Assembly (NCBI GenBank): GCA_964016885.1
Contig: OZ024743.1
Location: 255,874,001-255,938,000 of the forward strand
DNA: 64,000 bases
Direction: 5' to 3'
Origin: Eledone cirrhosa
Lineage: Eukaryota
Shown here piece by piece: positions 60,829 to 64,000 of this stretch; within the stretch, counting starts at the first letter, position 1; every line of letters begins with the position of its first letter. Made by a program: the position numbers and the translations under genes. A model generated the notes under the pieces. That model ran no database searches. It had not been told where the DNA came from and worked only from the letters and a program-made list of their open reading frames with translations.

Positions 60829-61966
60829 TATATACATATATACACACATACATATACACAGACACATATACACACTCACATATATATATGTGTGTGTGTG
60901 CGCACACACACATATATACACACACACACACAAATACACATAAACACATACATATGCATACATGCACACACACACACATATATCACATAGATACGAAGAT
61001 AAACATATAAATAGAGAGACATACATATATATACAACACACATACACACACATACATATACACGCATATACATATACATATATATATACATATATACATT
61101 CCTATATATACATGCATACACATATATACACATATATACACATACATACACATATACGTACACACATTCACATACATACATATATAATGCATATATACAC
61201 ATATATACATACATATACACACTCATATATACACACGCAATCTTACATTCATATTTGCATGCGCATATATGTATTTTTATATTTAGATATAAATACCCAA
61301 ACCTATATAGACACCTACCTACATATATATTCATACATAGACGCTTACAAATACAGATGATAATAGTATGGGGGAAAGGGGGGGTTTGGAGAAGGGGATC
61401 AAAGTAAATATATGTTTCAAGAAACATAGAAAATTTTCCGTATCTTTATCCAATGTATGTTCTTACATATTTTCAGTGTTAGGAAATACGACAAACAAGA
61501 ACTAAGGCAAAATCTATGCATCTCAAAATAAATAAGTATACCATTAATCATATGTTAACTAAACCAAAGATAGTCAACATATTGATTTCTAAGGTGTAAA
61601 TTAGTTAGGTTTATAATATTTGAAGCAGAATTTTGAAGTCAAACAGTAGTAGATTATTAATTACAGTATAACTAGATTAAAGTTAATAACGTTATGGTAT
61701 CAATATTAGGAAATGAATTTAGTAATAGGGAAAAAAAACACAAATAAAAATAAAATAAAGTATTACATCGGTAGTAGAATATAAATTATATGTTAACTAA
61801 ATTAAAAATTATATATTTATTTCAATAGTATATGTTAATTAGGTATACAATACATAAAGCAGATACTGTATTTCATCAATAGCATAATATAATTATATGC
61901 AAATAGAAATCAAAATTAATACGCATACATATACATATACATACACATACACATATACATATATAT

Positions 61967-62013
<47 letters not shown>

Positions 62014-62075
62014 TACATACATACACATACACATACACACACACACATACACATACACATATACATATACATATC
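59560..62075. repeat. Long cryptic (CA/TA) microsatellite-like tract
   Basis: Imperfect CA/TA repeats lying between the PLE ORF stop and the HHR. Confidence 0.9.
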
Positions 62076-62536
62076 TTTTTCAAAAAATTGCATAGAATAT
62101 ATTAACTAGGTATATATCCAAAACACATCCCATTCTATGATTACATGACATTCTGCAATTCGTCTGTATAAGGATACTAATTTTAAGCAAATTAAAATTA
62201 AAATTTTTAGGTTGATTAAAACTAAAACCAAATAATAAATATATTTCTAAAATGTATATTAATTAGGTCTATAATACTAAAAATTATTTCTCTGTCATTG
62301 GATACACGATATTATTTTGTTATATTTTATCTGTAAAAGAGTTATAATAAAAGGTTTAAATAAATTAAAATTAATCTATAAATTAAATTACTAAGTATAT
62401 ATTAGTAATATTTAAAGGTTTTTCACAATTTATGATTACATAATATTTTATATTCTCATCTGTAATAAAATATTAATTAAATTAAATTTATAGGTTAACT
62501 AACATTTAAATTAAATTAATTTCTAAAATAATGTTA

Positions 62537-64000
62537 TTAATTAGGTTTATAATATTTAAATGTTTTTTTTAGTTTATGATTACACGATATAATTAATTCC
62601 TGTCGTTTATTTAATAAGATATCCTTAGACTTCATTATTTCAAATAGTTCTTGGGAACATAATCTACATTCATTTCTATTATTTTGATAAGGGGTGGCTC
62701 TTTTGAGCACACTCCAGGTCAAATCATATTTTATATTCTTATTTTTATAACTATTGATTTTTTCTGCTAGAGATGTTGTATTAGCCAGTGCGGCATTTTT
62801 AAAACTATGCTTGTGGGTATTAAACCTTGTCTTAAAATTGTTAGAGGTAGCTCCTATATATGAGCAAATAGAATCTTTAGTTTTAACATTACATTTATAG
62901 ACTATGTTGTTAACAAGACAATTCCCTTTTAATGGGCAGTTTGCTTTGTTTCTACAGTTACATCCTTTCGTTAATTCTGTATTTGAGGAGATATTATGGT
63001 TAATTTGATGTACTGGTGGTATACTTATGGTTTTCTTACATTTATATGCATTATATGCACTTATATTTTGTTTTATGTTATTTGTTGTAGAGTATGAGAA
63101 TTTAACTGTAGACCTATTTAAGATTTGATGGTATTTGTGGTTTGGCGGGAAGTTTTTCTCAAGGATATAAAAAAATTTTTTAGCAATATTATCCTTAACT
63201 TGTAAATTAAAAGGAGCATTATACCAAGTAACCCGTCTATTACGGTTTCTATGTTGTTTATTATTTTTATTATTTTTATAGGTTGTATCGTGATTTTTAC
63301 TAGGAGGATTAATGTTAATGATCTCACCACAACTATTTTTAGTTATATTTGTAGATTTAGGTGTTTTATCTTTTTTATTAGGAGTTTTATTATTAATATT
63401 TATTATAGTTGTATGATGAGTAGTTTTTTGAGAGTTACTATACTTTATATTAGAAGATTTAGTATTTTGGGGTATAGTGTGGGTGGCATTTAGGTGTGTA
63501 CTTTTCATTTGGTGTTTGTTGGTAATATTATGTTGTATGCTTTCAGTATTTTTAGTAGAAGGTATATACTCTAATCTATTTTTGTGGCCACTTCTATCTA
63601 GAGCTTCGTTATAGAAGGTCGCATTTTTATCAAATACATCTTGGTTAGAAGAAAGGTTAGAAATTCTAAGTGATATATTATATGCAAGGTTTTTAAGGAT
63701 AGATTTAGGGTGATTAGATTGTGAGTGTATGTAATGTAAGTTTTGGTTAGGTTTATGGTAAGGTTGGTAGATACCCGTAGCTAAATCTAAAGTTATATCT
63801 AGGAAATTTACTACTTTACTTGTTTTTTCAAAAGTAATATTAAGATTATAATAGTCTTTAAGGAAAGTTCTAATATGTTTTTTGTTTTTTTCGATTTCTG
63901 AAAGGCTAAGGTTGTTAGAAAGAAGAAGACAGTCATCACGATATAAACCACCTTTGAGGTGGGGAAAAGAGGCATTTATGTTGAAAAGGAGAAAGAGGCC
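62537..64000 (-). CDS. Penelope-like element ORF, C-terminal part (RT through GIY-YIG endonuclease), open to the window edge
   Basis: Manual translation from 64000 is stop-free and in frame with the 323-aa ORF: GGLYRDD..VNFLDITLDL..YHKPN..SNHP..WYNAPF..CNCRNKANCPLKGNC..NIVYKC..YIGAT..FKTRFNTH..CRLCSQE..LLNKRQE..CNH. Confidence 0.93.
   Translation of the reverse strand, partial: GLFLLFNINASFPHLKGGLYRDDCLLLSNNLSLSEIEKNKKHIRTFLKDYYNLNITFEKTSKVVNFLDITLDLATGIYQPYHKPNQNLHYIHSQSNHPKSILKNLAYNISLRISNLSSNQDVFDKNATFYNEALDRSGHKNRLEYIPSTKNTESIQHNITNKHQMKSTHLNATHTIPQNTKSSNIKYSNSQKTTHHTTIININNKTPNKKDKTPKSTNITKNSCGEIININPPSKNHDTTYKNNKNNKQHRNRNRRVTWYNAPFNLQVKDNIAKKFFYILEKNFPPNHKYHQILNRSTVKFSYSTTNNIKQNISAYNAYKCKKTISIPPVHQINHNISSNTELTKGCNCRNKANCPLKGNCLVNNIVYKCNVKTKDSICSYIGATSNNFKTRFNTHKHSFKNAALANTTSLAEKINSYKNKNIKYDLTWSVLKRATPYQNNRNECRLCSQELFEIMKSKDILLNKRQELIISCNHKLKKTFKYYKPN

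Overview
Repeat-dense, AT-rich eukaryotic DNA with no recognisable host gene. The SINE family, microsatellite load and RTE 3' tails point to a cephalopod (Octopus-like) genome; this is an inference. Main content: (1) a Thr/Asn-coding 57-bp minisatellite present twice as a large inverted duplication (179-8740 / 11005-14680); (2) a 60-bp satellite and smaller minisatellites; (3) many tRNA-derived SINEs, LINE fragments, MITEs and Helitron-like elements; (4) Penelope-like retroelements (PLEs; RT + GIY-YIG), one of them with an uninterrupted ORF running off the window end. The most striking signal is a dense set of type I hammerhead ribozyme (HHR) motifs from at least six unrelated sequence contexts. 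These include a near-identical 422-bp tandem array (43643-46046) in which every full unit carries a minimal HHR with a palindromic stem III. This looks like a retrozyme (circRNA-producing) array next to candidate autonomous PLE partners. All structures were read by eye; no folding, alignment or database search was run.
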